From assembly GCA_963848875.1 (NCBI GenBank), contig CAWKFJ010000005.1, forward strand, positions 2,192,305 through 2,256,304: a DNA stretch of 64,000 bases. Reading direction: 5' to 3'. The notes under the pieces were generated by a model. It saw only the letters and a program-made list of their open reading frames with translations. It was not told where the DNA came from and searched no databases. The position numbers were made by a program, and so were the translations under genes. This stretch comes from an uncultured Acidobacteriota bacterium. GTDB lineage: Bacteria; Acidobacteriota; Blastocatellia; Pyrinomonadales; Pyrinomonadaceae. Shown here piece after piece: positions 17,913 to 27,200 of this stretch (position 1 is the first letter of the stretch; every line of letters starts with the position of its first letter).

Positions 17913-19490
17913 CTAGAGGACTTTGGCGAACCTCAGTAAGTCCTCGATGGTGAACTTGTTCTTCTTCCTGCCGGGGAGGGTCGGCTTCCAGTTCTTCGTG
18001 CGCAGGATGGAGTCCTCGCTGCGCCGGATGAGGCCGATGAGCACTTCGGCGACTACGGTGCTGCCGACGGGTCCCAGGCGCTTGCCCTTCCCGTGGTGCG
18101 CCGCCTCGGCCAGGACGTAGTACCAGAGCGGCGTGCGCCTCGAAAAGCCCGAGTCGCGCAGGACGTTTAGCTGGCTCTCGGCGCCGGCCGGCGCGGCGAC
18201 CTTGGCCGCGACCGCTTCGAGCTGCGCAGCCGTCATCGGCGTGAGGCCCAGGGCCCTGGCGACGGCCTGCCCCGTGGGCATCCGCAGCAGGTAGCCGCGC
18301 AGCAAATTCCTCACGGCCAGCATCGCCCCCAGTCCTTCCTCCAACTCCCCCTTGAGAGTTTTCAGCTTGAAGAGCGGATTGGCTAACTGCGTGTCGAAGC
18401 GGCGGGCGCGGTTGCGCATCTTGTCGCCGAAGAAGTTCTCCCATTGGATTATCCAGTTCTCCGGCAGCGTGTCGAAGTCGCCGAGCTGGCCGCTGAGCGC
18501 CGTGAAGACGAAGAGGAGGTCTACGGTGGCCGGCACGGTGTTCGGCTTCCCGCTCGTGTTGAAGTTGAGGTTGAAGTCGTAATCCAGCCGCACCATCGTG
18601 TGGCCGAAGCGGTAGGCCGCCACGGCGAACTCCAGGGGCATGAAGAAGGGCTCAGCCAGCCCGTCGAAGAACTTGTTCTCCTTGAGGATGCCCCTCACGA
18701 TCTTCTTGTCCGCGATGGCCGGCAGGAAGTCATTGAGGACGATGTGCTGGTAGTGCTGCCTGAGCGTCCGGCGCGCCTCGGTGAAGGAGAGCCCGCGGTC
18801 GACCAGCGCGTTGTGCGCCAGCAGGAAGGCCAGGTGAAGCTGCGCGACGATGGTGTTCTCGTCGTTGCGCGGGTCGCCGATGCGCGCGGCGCGGTCTGTC
18901 CTCTCGTCGTTGCTGCGCGGGTCGCGCGAGAGGTCGTTCAGGTCGCCCTTCTTTGGCGGCCGCTTGAAGGGAACCTGGGTGTTGTTGGGGAGGGTTGTGA
19001 CCGCCCCTACCTGCATCTTGTCGCCGACGCGGGGGGCCGGCAGGTCGTAGACGCTGTCCAGGTCCAGGGTCGCCGTGCGCGCGTTCTTCAGCTTCTGGCG
19101 GATGTCGTCGAGCGGGAGCGGGGCGAGCGCCGGGTCGAGCAGCGTCTTCAAATCCGCCGAGGTCATTTCGAGCGTGATGTCATGATCCAGGAACTGCCCG
19201 AAGTAGGTGAAGACCGCGGAGATGTCGGAGTCGCCCTCATCGTCGTTGCCCGCGGCGTCGATCATCGTCTTGCCGAGGCGGGCGAGGTCGGCCACGGTCT
19301 TGCTCGACTCGGGCAGCAGGTTGATCGGGTTGTCTTGCAGCTTGGGGAACAGGAAATCGAAGTCCTTCAAGTCCACGGGCTGTGACGCGGCGAATGCCAG
19401 CGGCACGTTGGCGATGCTCGCGGCCACGCTCTCGCGCGCCTCCTGAAACTGCTGAATGGTGATTGTTTCTCCGTGACGTAAACGTGCCAT
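17913..19490 (-). CDS. Animal-type haem peroxidase family protein
   Basis: 525 aa. The hallmark distal-His motif is FTYFGQFLDHDITLE, with a later AYRFGHTMV (proximal His region). GGAGG lies 9 nt upstream of ATG 19490. No signal peptide. Confidence 0.85.
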   Translation of the reverse strand: MARLRHGETITIQQFQEARESVAASIANVPLAFAASQPVDLKDFDFLFPKLQDNPINLLPESSKTVADLARLGKTMIDAAGNDDEGDSDISAVFTYFGQFLDHDITLEMTSADLKTLLDPALAPLPLDDIRQKLKNARTATLDLDSVYDLPAPRVGDKMQVGAVTTLPNNTQVPFKRPPKKGDLNDLSRDPRSNDERTDRAARIGDPRNDENTIVAQLHLAFLLAHNALVDRGLSFTEARRTLRQHYQHIVLNDFLPAIADKKIVRGILKENKFFDGLAEPFFMPLEFAVAAYRFGHTMVRLDYDFNLNFNTSGKPNTVPATVDLLFVFTALSGQLGDFDTLPENWIIQWENFFGDKMRNRARRFDTQLANPLFKLKTLKGELEEGLGAMLAVRNLLRGYLLRMPTGQAVARALGLTPMTAAQLEAVAAKVAAPAGAESQLNVLRDSGFSRRTPLWYYVLAEAAHHGKGKRLGPVGSTVVAEVLIGLIRRSEDSILRTKNWKPTLPGRKKNKFTIEDLLRFAKVL

Positions 19491-19546
19491 TTAAATTTAC
19501 CTCCGATAAAAAATCCACGTCGCAGCAGTCCGTTACGAAAAGCGGC

Positions 19547-19573
19547 CGAGTCAGGCCGATCCGGCCTGACTCG
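19547..19573 (-). terminator. GC-rich hairpin, possible intrinsic terminator insulating the peroxidase cluster
   Basis: CGAGTCAGGCCG / CGGCCTGACTCG form a 12-bp stem with a 3-nt loop. On the minus strand it is followed by CTTTTCG. Confidence 0.4.
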
Positions 19574-20084
19574 CCGCCTCTTTGACTATTTCAACCAACA
19601 ATCCTACGTTCTGCTCGCTAGCACTCGACCGTATCGGTTTTGCTCAGGAATTTTTTTGAAAGATTAAGAGCACTCCCTCTTGAGAGAAACGCCTGCGTCT
19701 GGCCGAAGCTGCTTCGGATGATATAAGCACGCGGGAGACGGTCAGTCCGCACGGGTTTATATTCCTGGAAACTGACCAGTAGCTTGCGCCAAGCACGCCG
19801 AGAGATTCATTGGCTGCCCTGCTCTGCAAACGTTATATGTGGTTGTGTAAGAGCGTGAGGCCAGCCCGAGGAGTTCCAGCTGGCTCAAATGCGAGAATCA
19901 AACCGAAGAAAACGCGCCGCACTTTATGCCGAACTGTTTATCAAGTCAAGCCATTTCTTCCTACAGGCAGGCCACTTTATAAATTTTGATCTGGCATCCT
20001 TCCAACTTAATACTCTTGGTGACGCAACTACTCTTCTAAAATATATGTCGCGAGAGGGTAAAACGTTTCAAGCATCCCGCGTCC

Positions 20085-20216
20085 GGTCGTGTCTCACAAG
20101 AGATGTTTGACATGGCTCTGGTACGCCTTCGAGCCACGCTCTCGTCAGATCGTCGCCTGGCTTATTGGCGAGCGGACGGACCAAAGTTGTCGGCAAAGAC
20201 ATAGAGTAGGAACTTA
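20085..20216 (+). mobile_element. IS1-family transposase (InsB-like) fragment, a remnant
   Basis: My translation SHKRCLTWLWYAFEPRSRQIVAWLIGERTDQSC matches the InsB pattern [28 protein letters not shown]. It is flanked by stops with no full-length ORF, and it sits in an AT-rich 0.8-kb spacer. Confidence 0.5.
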
Positions 20217-20291
20217 GAAATTCCATCACGGTTAACCATCTTAATCAAACCTTTAGAGAATGAGTTTGTCTATAACGTCGGTAGCGTACTT

Positions 20292-23200
20292 CTAGGGCTG
20301 TTGTAATTTTCGCTCGATTTCTCCCAGCATCTCTCGCGACTTTTGAATCTCTTCAGCCGCTCGGTCGCCGAAAGTCTCAAAGTTGCTCAGGCCGGCAGAG
20401 GCGTATGCCTGAGCGTCGGCGAGGCGGCCGTGTTTCGTGAGGATGCCGGCAATGAACAGGCGGGTTACGGCAGCGCCATGAATATCGTCCTCCATCTCGG
20501 CGTAGCGGATTGAGTACCGAAAGTGAGCCAGCGAGAGGTTGTCTTGACCCATGAAATAGTAAATGGTGCCAAGTTGGTGGTGGATCAACCCCAATGGCGC
20601 AACCTCACCTGTCGGCGTGGTGAGTCTGAGCGCGGACTGGTAAAACTTTAGAGCGGAGCTGAGGTCAGCCAGTCGTTCATCCGCGCGCCCTTCGGCGTAC
20701 GCCTCCATATAGCGTTCGTAGGCCACGCGGCCTAAGAGTGTAAAAAGTTGAGCCCGTCCTCTGGCATCCTCTTCGTCGTGAAGCCCCACACTGCGGCGCA
20801 GCCAGAGTTCCGCTTTCGCCAGATCGCGCAAGCTTGGAATCTTCAAGTGCGCGGCGCCGATGTTCGTAGCGGCGACGGCAGCCATGAAACGCTCGCCGAA
20901 CCGTTCTGCCAACGTGAATGCTTCCTCGCACACCGTCAAACTCTCCGGCTCACGACGCTCAATTTGAATCTTACCTAAAAGGTTCAGGGAGTTTATTAAC
21001 GTGCGGATGGACTCACGCTGCGTATCATCTAGCGCATCGGGCGCTACGGCGAGAGCCGCGGCCGCCTGTCGGCGTGCCAAGTCTATGCCGATGTGTTGAA
21101 GGCGCTCGGCCTCGTCTAACCGGCGAGCTTCTCTTGCAAAGCCCACGCGACTGTCATTAATAAAGAACCAGCCTCTCTCCCGGCCGGGAAGAGGGGCGTC
21201 GGTTTTTGGCTTCACAAAGTCGGCCGCGACCTCGTTCAAAAGGGCAGACCATTCGGCGCGCCGCCCCGTATGCTCATACAGGACGTCAAGTGCCTGCATG
21301 GTACCAATGATTCCGGGCTCCCAGCCGTTCTCACGCGCTAGCTGAAGGGCGTTGAGAATGTTGAATTGATCGTGGCTGAGGTAGGTGATAACGTCGCTCT
21401 TGCCGGCGGTGTAGGATTGCGCGCTCAGGCTTCCCGCTCTCCAGACCGTTTCGACAAACGCCTGGGTTGCCCTTCTTGCATCCGGGTAATACTGGTCAAA
21501 GAGCCTCTTGAAAAACCAAGGGAGCGCGGGGTGAATCGAATAGAACCCTGCACCGTGAGCGGTCAGCAACCCGACTTCGGCAGCACGGTCGAGGAGCGCA
21601 GAGCTCTCATCACTGGTCAAGCCTCGGAGCTCAGCCAGGCCCCATTCGGATTCAGGTTCACCCATCACAGCCAACGCGGCTGCGTCCACGAAGCCCTGAA
21701 AGAAATAAAGGAGGGCGAGCCGTCTGCGTTGGTCTTCGCTGAACGCGTTGTCGAAGCCGTAGCTCAATGACGCGCCCAAAGACTTCGACCGGCCTTCGCT
21801 CGCCTCGTCGTTGAATTTCGCCTCCCCGGTGCGCAGCCTGTCTACGAACTCTTCGACCTGCTCCCTCGTTTTCAGGCCGTCGAGTAAACACTGTCCGACC
21901 AGGACCGTGATCGCCAGCGGGTTCCCGACCGTGAAGCGCAGGAGCGGCAGCCAGTCCTCGACTTCGGTCAAACGCCTCCCGTGCTTCTCGGCAAGTGCCC
22001 GCGTTAGTTGTACCCGCTCCTGCATCGGCATCGGCGGCATCGTTATCCGCGCGGGCAAGTCGCCCAACCAGCCGCGCTCATCCCGTCGCGAGAGCAGCAG
22101 AATTTTCGCCTTCGTGTGCTGCGCGGCGCGCAGGAAATCAGCCAGCTCGCCCTGCTGGGCGTCGCTCCACGCCGACCGCGTGCCGGAAGGGAAGCCTGCA
22201 ACCAGTTCAACGTTATCCCAAATCCATAAGAGCGGGTTGCGGGCCATGAGGCGTAGCGCCTCGTCGCCTCGCTCCTTGTTGGTCAGCGCGTGCCATTGAA
22301 TGCCCGATCGCTCAAGCTCGTTGCCGAATGCCGGATCGATGGCGTCGTTCAACGCGGACGCCAGCGGCTTGAACCGCTCGAACGAAGTGAATAGTGCCGG
22401 GCCATTGATGCCGCCGGTAGATTGATACCAGCGAGCGAACTCGGCCGCCGTCGAGGTCTTACCGCTGCCGGCATAGGCGTGGAGGAGTACGACGTTTTTG
22501 ATGTCGAAGGCGCGGTCAATCGCGAGCAGCGTCTCGTCGCGTCCGAAGAAACCGGCGTCGGGCCGCTTCTTCAATTCGGGAGTGGGCGCGCCAGTCCCTG
22601 AAAGCGCCCTGCCGGCACTTAGATAAACTGTAGATTGTGCTTTCTCTGCCGTTCTGGGGAACAGCACGACTGGCTCGGCCTCGTATACGGCCGGCACTAT
22701 CCAGTCCTGTAGCGGCCGCGGCCGGTACGCGATCTCTCGCAACGGCTGTTCCCTGAGTTGTCTGCGGCCCAGTGTCACTGCTTCGCTTAGTGCGTGCCCT
22801 CTAGCCAGCGCCTCGTAAAGGTTGGCGACGAACTGCGCGGCGGTGATGACATAGACGTTGTACCGCATCGCCACCACGCCGGGCACGCCGGCGTCAACTA
22901 CCTCCTGCGCCAAAGAGCCAAACGCCCGCACGCGGACGTGCGCGTCCTGACTCACCGCGTCGCGCGGCGCCGTGGAGGGCGAGCCGGAACGATCAGCGCC
23001 CGTGGTCGCCGTCGCGGTCGGTTCCGGGGGCGCTTCCGCGTGCGCCGACCGGCAGGCGTTGAGTACCAGGATGGGTACCTCAGTCTTGGCGAGCAGACTG
23101 CCGAGGAAGGTCCCGTGTATGAGTTCGACGTTGTTTTGGAGCGCGGGATTCTCAAAGGTAAGGTAGCCCCGCATCTTTACAGGCGGCCGACCCGCGCCTG

Positions 23201-23924
23201 CGGCGTACAGGTCAGTGTAAATACCGTGTCCGTCGAAGTGGACGATGTGATAGGGGGCGCCGGCATTTTTGGCGGCCCGCAGAACTTGCCCCAGCCGCTC
23301 AAAGGTCGGCGGCCGAAGCACGTCGAGGTGGAAAGCGGCGCGGGCGTTCCCGTCCAGACCCTTGATAAGGCGGCTCGCCACCGACCGAAACGGCACGTCG
23401 GCGCGGCCGCCCGGACGGCAGATCACAAGCAGGATGCGAATAGGTCCGGCAACGACTTTGACCGGACGCGCATTCAGGGCAGCTCGTTGCGTAGTTCGCA
23501 CGAAGGCGCGCGCGCCGACGGCGAGGAACGTCTTGGTCTGTGGGTCGTACAAAAGTTCCCAGGGGAGCGGCGCTGCGTTGCGCACGCCAGTGACGATTTC
23601 TATCCGCGTATCGCTCATGTGGTCGTGCAGCCCGGCCCAGATGTCCCGGACGTCATCGTTGCTTTGGAAGAGCGCACGGAAAAGGCCGCCCCCCAGTTCA
23701 AAGATGCGTCGTTCGATGCGGGCCGCGATCTTCGGCGCGGGGTCTGAAACGTGTTGCAGGTAGTCCTCAAGATACCAGCGGAGGTCTTCCCGCTCCTGAG
23801 GTGTAACGGCGAAATCTGACTCCGTGGCTGCTGTCCGGCGCAGCAGTCCGGCGCCTTCGAGAGTAACTTCCACCCGATATATACTAGAAGTGACGGACGA
23901 CTGTGTGAGACGGAGCGTTTGCAT
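20292..23924 (-). CDS. CHAT protease - STAND (NB-ARC-like) NTPase - TPR protein (paralog 1)
   Basis: 1210 aa. The CHAT dyad is YHIVHFDGHG (His) and ILVLNACRSAH (Cys). The Walker A is LLHAYAGSGKTSTAAEFARWY and the Walker B-like motif is LLWIWDNVE. The C-terminal third is TPR-like helical repeats. Confidence 0.85.
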   Translation of the reverse strand: MQTLRLTQSSVTSSIYRVEVTLEGAGLLRRTAATESDFAVTPQEREDLRWYLEDYLQHVSDPAPKIAARIERRIFELGGGLFRALFQSNDDVRDIWAGLHDHMSDTRIEIVTGVRNAAPLPWELLYDPQTKTFLAVGARAFVRTTQRAALNARPVKVVAGPIRILLVICRPGGRADVPFRSVASRLIKGLDGNARAAFHLDVLRPPTFERLGQVLRAAKNAGAPYHIVHFDGHGIYTDLYAAGAGRPPVKMRGYLTFENPALQNNVELIHGTFLGSLLAKTEVPILVLNACRSAHAEAPPEPTATATTGADRSGSPSTAPRDAVSQDAHVRVRAFGSLAQEVVDAGVPGVVAMRYNVYVITAAQFVANLYEALARGHALSEAVTLGRRQLREQPLREIAYRPRPLQDWIVPAVYEAEPVVLFPRTAEKAQSTVYLSAGRALSGTGAPTPELKKRPDAGFFGRDETLLAIDRAFDIKNVVLLHAYAGSGKTSTAAEFARWYQSTGGINGPALFTSFERFKPLASALNDAIDPAFGNELERSGIQWHALTNKERGDEALRLMARNPLLWIWDNVELVAGFPSGTRSAWSDAQQGELADFLRAAQHTKAKILLLSRRDERGWLGDLPARITMPPMPMQERVQLTRALAEKHGRRLTEVEDWLPLLRFTVGNPLAITVLVGQCLLDGLKTREQVEEFVDRLRTGEAKFNDEASEGRSKSLGASLSYGFDNAFSEDQRRRLALLYFFQGFVDAAALAVMGEPESEWGLAELRGLTSDESSALLDRAAEVGLLTAHGAGFYSIHPALPWFFKRLFDQYYPDARRATQAFVETVWRAGSLSAQSYTAGKSDVITYLSHDQFNILNALQLARENGWEPGIIGTMQALDVLYEHTGRRAEWSALLNEVAADFVKPKTDAPLPGRERGWFFINDSRVGFAREARRLDEAERLQHIGIDLARRQAAAALAVAPDALDDTQRESIRTLINSLNLLGKIQIERREPESLTVCEEAFTLAERFGERFMAAVAATNIGAAHLKIPSLRDLAKAELWLRRSVGLHDEEDARGRAQLFTLLGRVAYERYMEAYAEGRADERLADLSSALKFYQSALRLTTPTGEVAPLGLIHHQLGTIYYFMGQDNLSLAHFRYSIRYAEMEDDIHGAAVTRLFIAGILTKHGRLADAQAYASAGLSNFETFGDRAAEEIQKSREMLGEIERKLQQP

Positions 23925-24260
23925 AGGATGACCTCAGTGTAGGAATGGCGAAACGGAGACCGGCCGTTAATATTATATACGGGCGAGCAAGCTCCCATCT
24001 CAAAATACTTGCCGCAACACAGCCCTCGCTCCATAGACACGCGCGGTCGGACAAAGTATGGCGAATTCCTCCGGCATCAACGGCGGAGAAGAGCATTGAC
24101 ACCGGCAAGGCGTAGCTATAACGTACCGCCGCTGTAATGATTGACAGGTTGCCCTGGCGCCTGCCTGTTGCTTCACGGCTGTCCACCTATCATTGGCGAA
24201 AGCAGTGGCATGAGATAACACGCCAGTTTGTCGTACTGCATTACTGCTTGAGTAATCTGT

Positions 24261-27200
24261 ATGCCGACGTTACGGCTTAATCAAACCTCCGAAGGAGGCG
24301 GCGCTTATCTCATCGAGGTGAGCCTCGAAGGTGACAACTTACACCGCTCGTACAGCGTGTCGGGCTGTAGCTTTACTCTGCCTGAACAAGACCATGAAGA
24401 CTTGCGCTGGTATCTTGAAGACTACTTGGAGCATCCCTTCGACCCGGCCCCCATCATCGCCAACCGAATAGAGCGCCGCATAACTGAGATAGGAGGGGAG
24501 CTCTTCGATTCAATATTCCGGGCTAACGAAGATGCGCGCGAAGTGTGGAAAGAAGTGGCCGGCCGCTTGGACGCGACCCGCGTCGAAGTAGTCACACCAA
24601 TCGGAGAAACCACCACCGTCCCTTGGGAATTGCTCTTTGACCCCGAGGCGGGCACGCATTTAGCCTTGCAATGCCAGTCCTTCGTGCGCGTCGCTTCCAA
24701 CGTCAACGGCCGCGCGGAAGGCGAGCAACTACCCGCGAATAACAAACGAAGCGCGCCCGACGTCATGCCGTCGCCTGCTAATGCAGGGGGATGCTTCAGT
24801 CTAAGTGAAAGCACTTCGGCTCCTGTTCGGATTCTGCTAATCATCAGCCGCCCGATCGACTCGGGCGAAGTGCCGTTCCGCTCCGTCGCCAGTCGCCTCC
24901 TGAAGAGTTTGCACGGACGCCCCGGCTTCGAGCTTGATGTGCTCCGCCCCCCAACCTTCGCTCGGTTGAACGACCGGCTACGCGAGTCGCAGGCAGAAGG
25001 CCGCCCCTACCACGTAGTTCACTTCGATGGGCACGGGGTCTACGAGGATTTACAAGCCTCGCTCTTAAAGCGGCCACCCAAAAAGAGGCGCGGTTACCTG
25101 CTGTTCGAGAACGTCGAGGATCATAAAGGCGAGCCGATCCACGGGACGTTGCTCGGCCGTAGCCTCGCACAGGCGGGGGCTCCATTGTTGCTGCTCAACG
25201 CCTGCCGCTCGGCGCAGGCGGAGGCGTCGGCGGAACCGGGAAAGGGCGTGACCGAGAACCACCCGCGCGCCTTCGGCTCGCTGGCCCAGGAGGTAGTGGA
25301 GGCGGGCGTGCCCGGCGTGGTGGCTATGCGTTACAACGTGTATGTGGTTACCGCCGCGAGGTTCGTGGCCGACCTGTATACGGCGCTCGCGCGGGGGCTG
25401 ACGCTGGGCGAGGCTGTGACGCAAGGGCGCAAAGAATTATACCGCCACGCGGAGCGCGAGCTCGTTTACGTCTCGCGCGAGTTGCAAGATTGGTCGGTGC
25501 CGGTTGTCTTTGAAACCAAGCCCGTCGCGATCTTAGCGAACGCCGCGGCCGAGGGCGAGGAATCGCGTGATGATTCGCCCCCTGCGACGGTGACCGCCGC
25601 CCCGCGCGGCGAAGTCCCGGCCCCCTCGGACACAGGCTTCATCGGCAGGGACGAGACACTGCTCGACCTTGAGCGCGCCTTCAACACGGAACAGATCACT
25701 CTCCTACACGCCTACGCCGGCAGCGGTAAGACCACCGCCGCCGCGGAGTTCGCACGCTGGTACGAACTGACGGGCGGAGTTGATGGACCGATCCTCTTAA
25801 CCTCGTTCGAACGATACACGCCTTTAGTAAGAGTGCTGGACGCCGTCGAACGTGCGTTCAGCGAAAGGTTGAAGCGGGAGGGAGTGGACTGGCTGGCGTT
25901 GGATGACGCCTCGCGCCGGGACAAGGCGCTGCAAGTGCTTGGCGAGGTCTCGACCCTGTGGGTGTGGGATAACGTCGAATCAATCGCCGGCTTTCCCTCA
26001 GGCGTGCCCTCCGAGTGGAGCGCGGCGGAACAGCGGGAACTGGCAGAGTTCCTGCGAGAGGCGCGGCACACAAAGGCCAAGTTCCTGCTGACCTCGCGCC
26101 GCGATGACCACGAATGGCTGCACGGTTTGGCGGTGTGGCATATCCTCCTGCCGCCGATGCCGATGCTAGAGCGTGTGCAGATGTTACGCTCGCTCGCCGA
26201 GAAACACGGGCGGCCGCCCGTCAACATCCTCGACTGGCTACCGCTGCTCGAATACACACAGGGCAACCCGCTGACGATCATCGTGGTAGTCGGTCAGGCG
26301 CTGCGCGACCGACTCGACACTAAGGAGCAACTGGATGCTTTCGTCGCCCGCCTGCGCGCTGGGGAGGCGGCCTTTGATGATGAGCAGAGCGAGGGCCGTT
26401 CGAAATCACTCGGTGCTTCCCTCAGTTATGGGTTCGCGCACGCGTTCAACGCAGACGAGCTTAGAATTCTCGCCCTGCTCGCGCTCTTCCAGAGTTACGT
26501 GGACGTGACCGATCTCTACTGGATGGGCCACCCCGAAATCGGTGACTTGCCCCAACTCCGCGACCTGTCGCGCGAGGCGCGCATCTCACTGCTCAACCGC
26601 GCTGCGAACGTGGGCTTGCTCACGGCCTGCGTGGGTTCGGTCGAGGGCGTGGTTTACGCCATCCACCCTGCGCTGCCATGGTTCTTCAGAAAACTGTTCG
26701 ATGAACACTACCCGGCGGGCGTAGACGGCGAGGGTGAAGATTTGAGACTGCGGGCCATGCGCGCCTATGCTGCCGCGATAGGCGCGACGGGTGTTTACTA
26801 CCATAAGCTGTACTACGATGAAGGCCAGGTGGACGTTATCGACCCCCTGGCAGCGGCGGAGGCCAACCTTCACCACGCCTGGAAGTTGTCCCGCGCCAAC
26901 GGCTGGTGGACGACCGTCATCAGCACAATGCAAGGTCTGGACACTCTCTACTCCCACACCGGGCGGCGCGCGGAGTGGGAGCGCATGGTCAAAGAAGTCG
27001 TCCCCGACTTCATCGAACCGTCCACCAACAGACCGCTCCCGGGACGCGAGGCGGAGTGGAACAAGGTCATCGAATATCAGGTTGACTCGGCGATGAGGGC
27101 GCGGCGGTGGGCGGAGGCCGAGGGCTTGCAACTCGTTCGCGTCAAGTGGGAGCGCGAACGCGTCGCGCCTTTGCTCGGCGTGCCGCCGGGCAAGTTGGAT

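Noticed and set aside
18444-19385. Long antisense or overlapping ORFs throughout the window. Examples: 18444-19385 +, 22794-23747 +, 26586-27662 -, 29419-30429 +, 33976-34878 +, 35819-37108 +, 41896-43200 -, 49408-50319 -, 53675-55138 +, 55250-56407 +, 58670-59620 -, 60337-61326 -.
   Set aside because: Their translations are Arg/Gly/Ala/Pro/Val-rich and low in complexity. They lie opposite or out of frame to ORFs with clear family motifs. Such shadow ORFs are expected in GC-rich DNA, and none shows a recognisable motif or ribosome-binding site.
19491-20291. An intact insertion sequence, integrase or prophage boundary.
   Set aside because: Only a fragment of about 40 codons resembles IS1 InsB. 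There is no full transposase ORF, I found no terminal inverted repeats, and there are no phage structural or integrase genes anywhere in the window.
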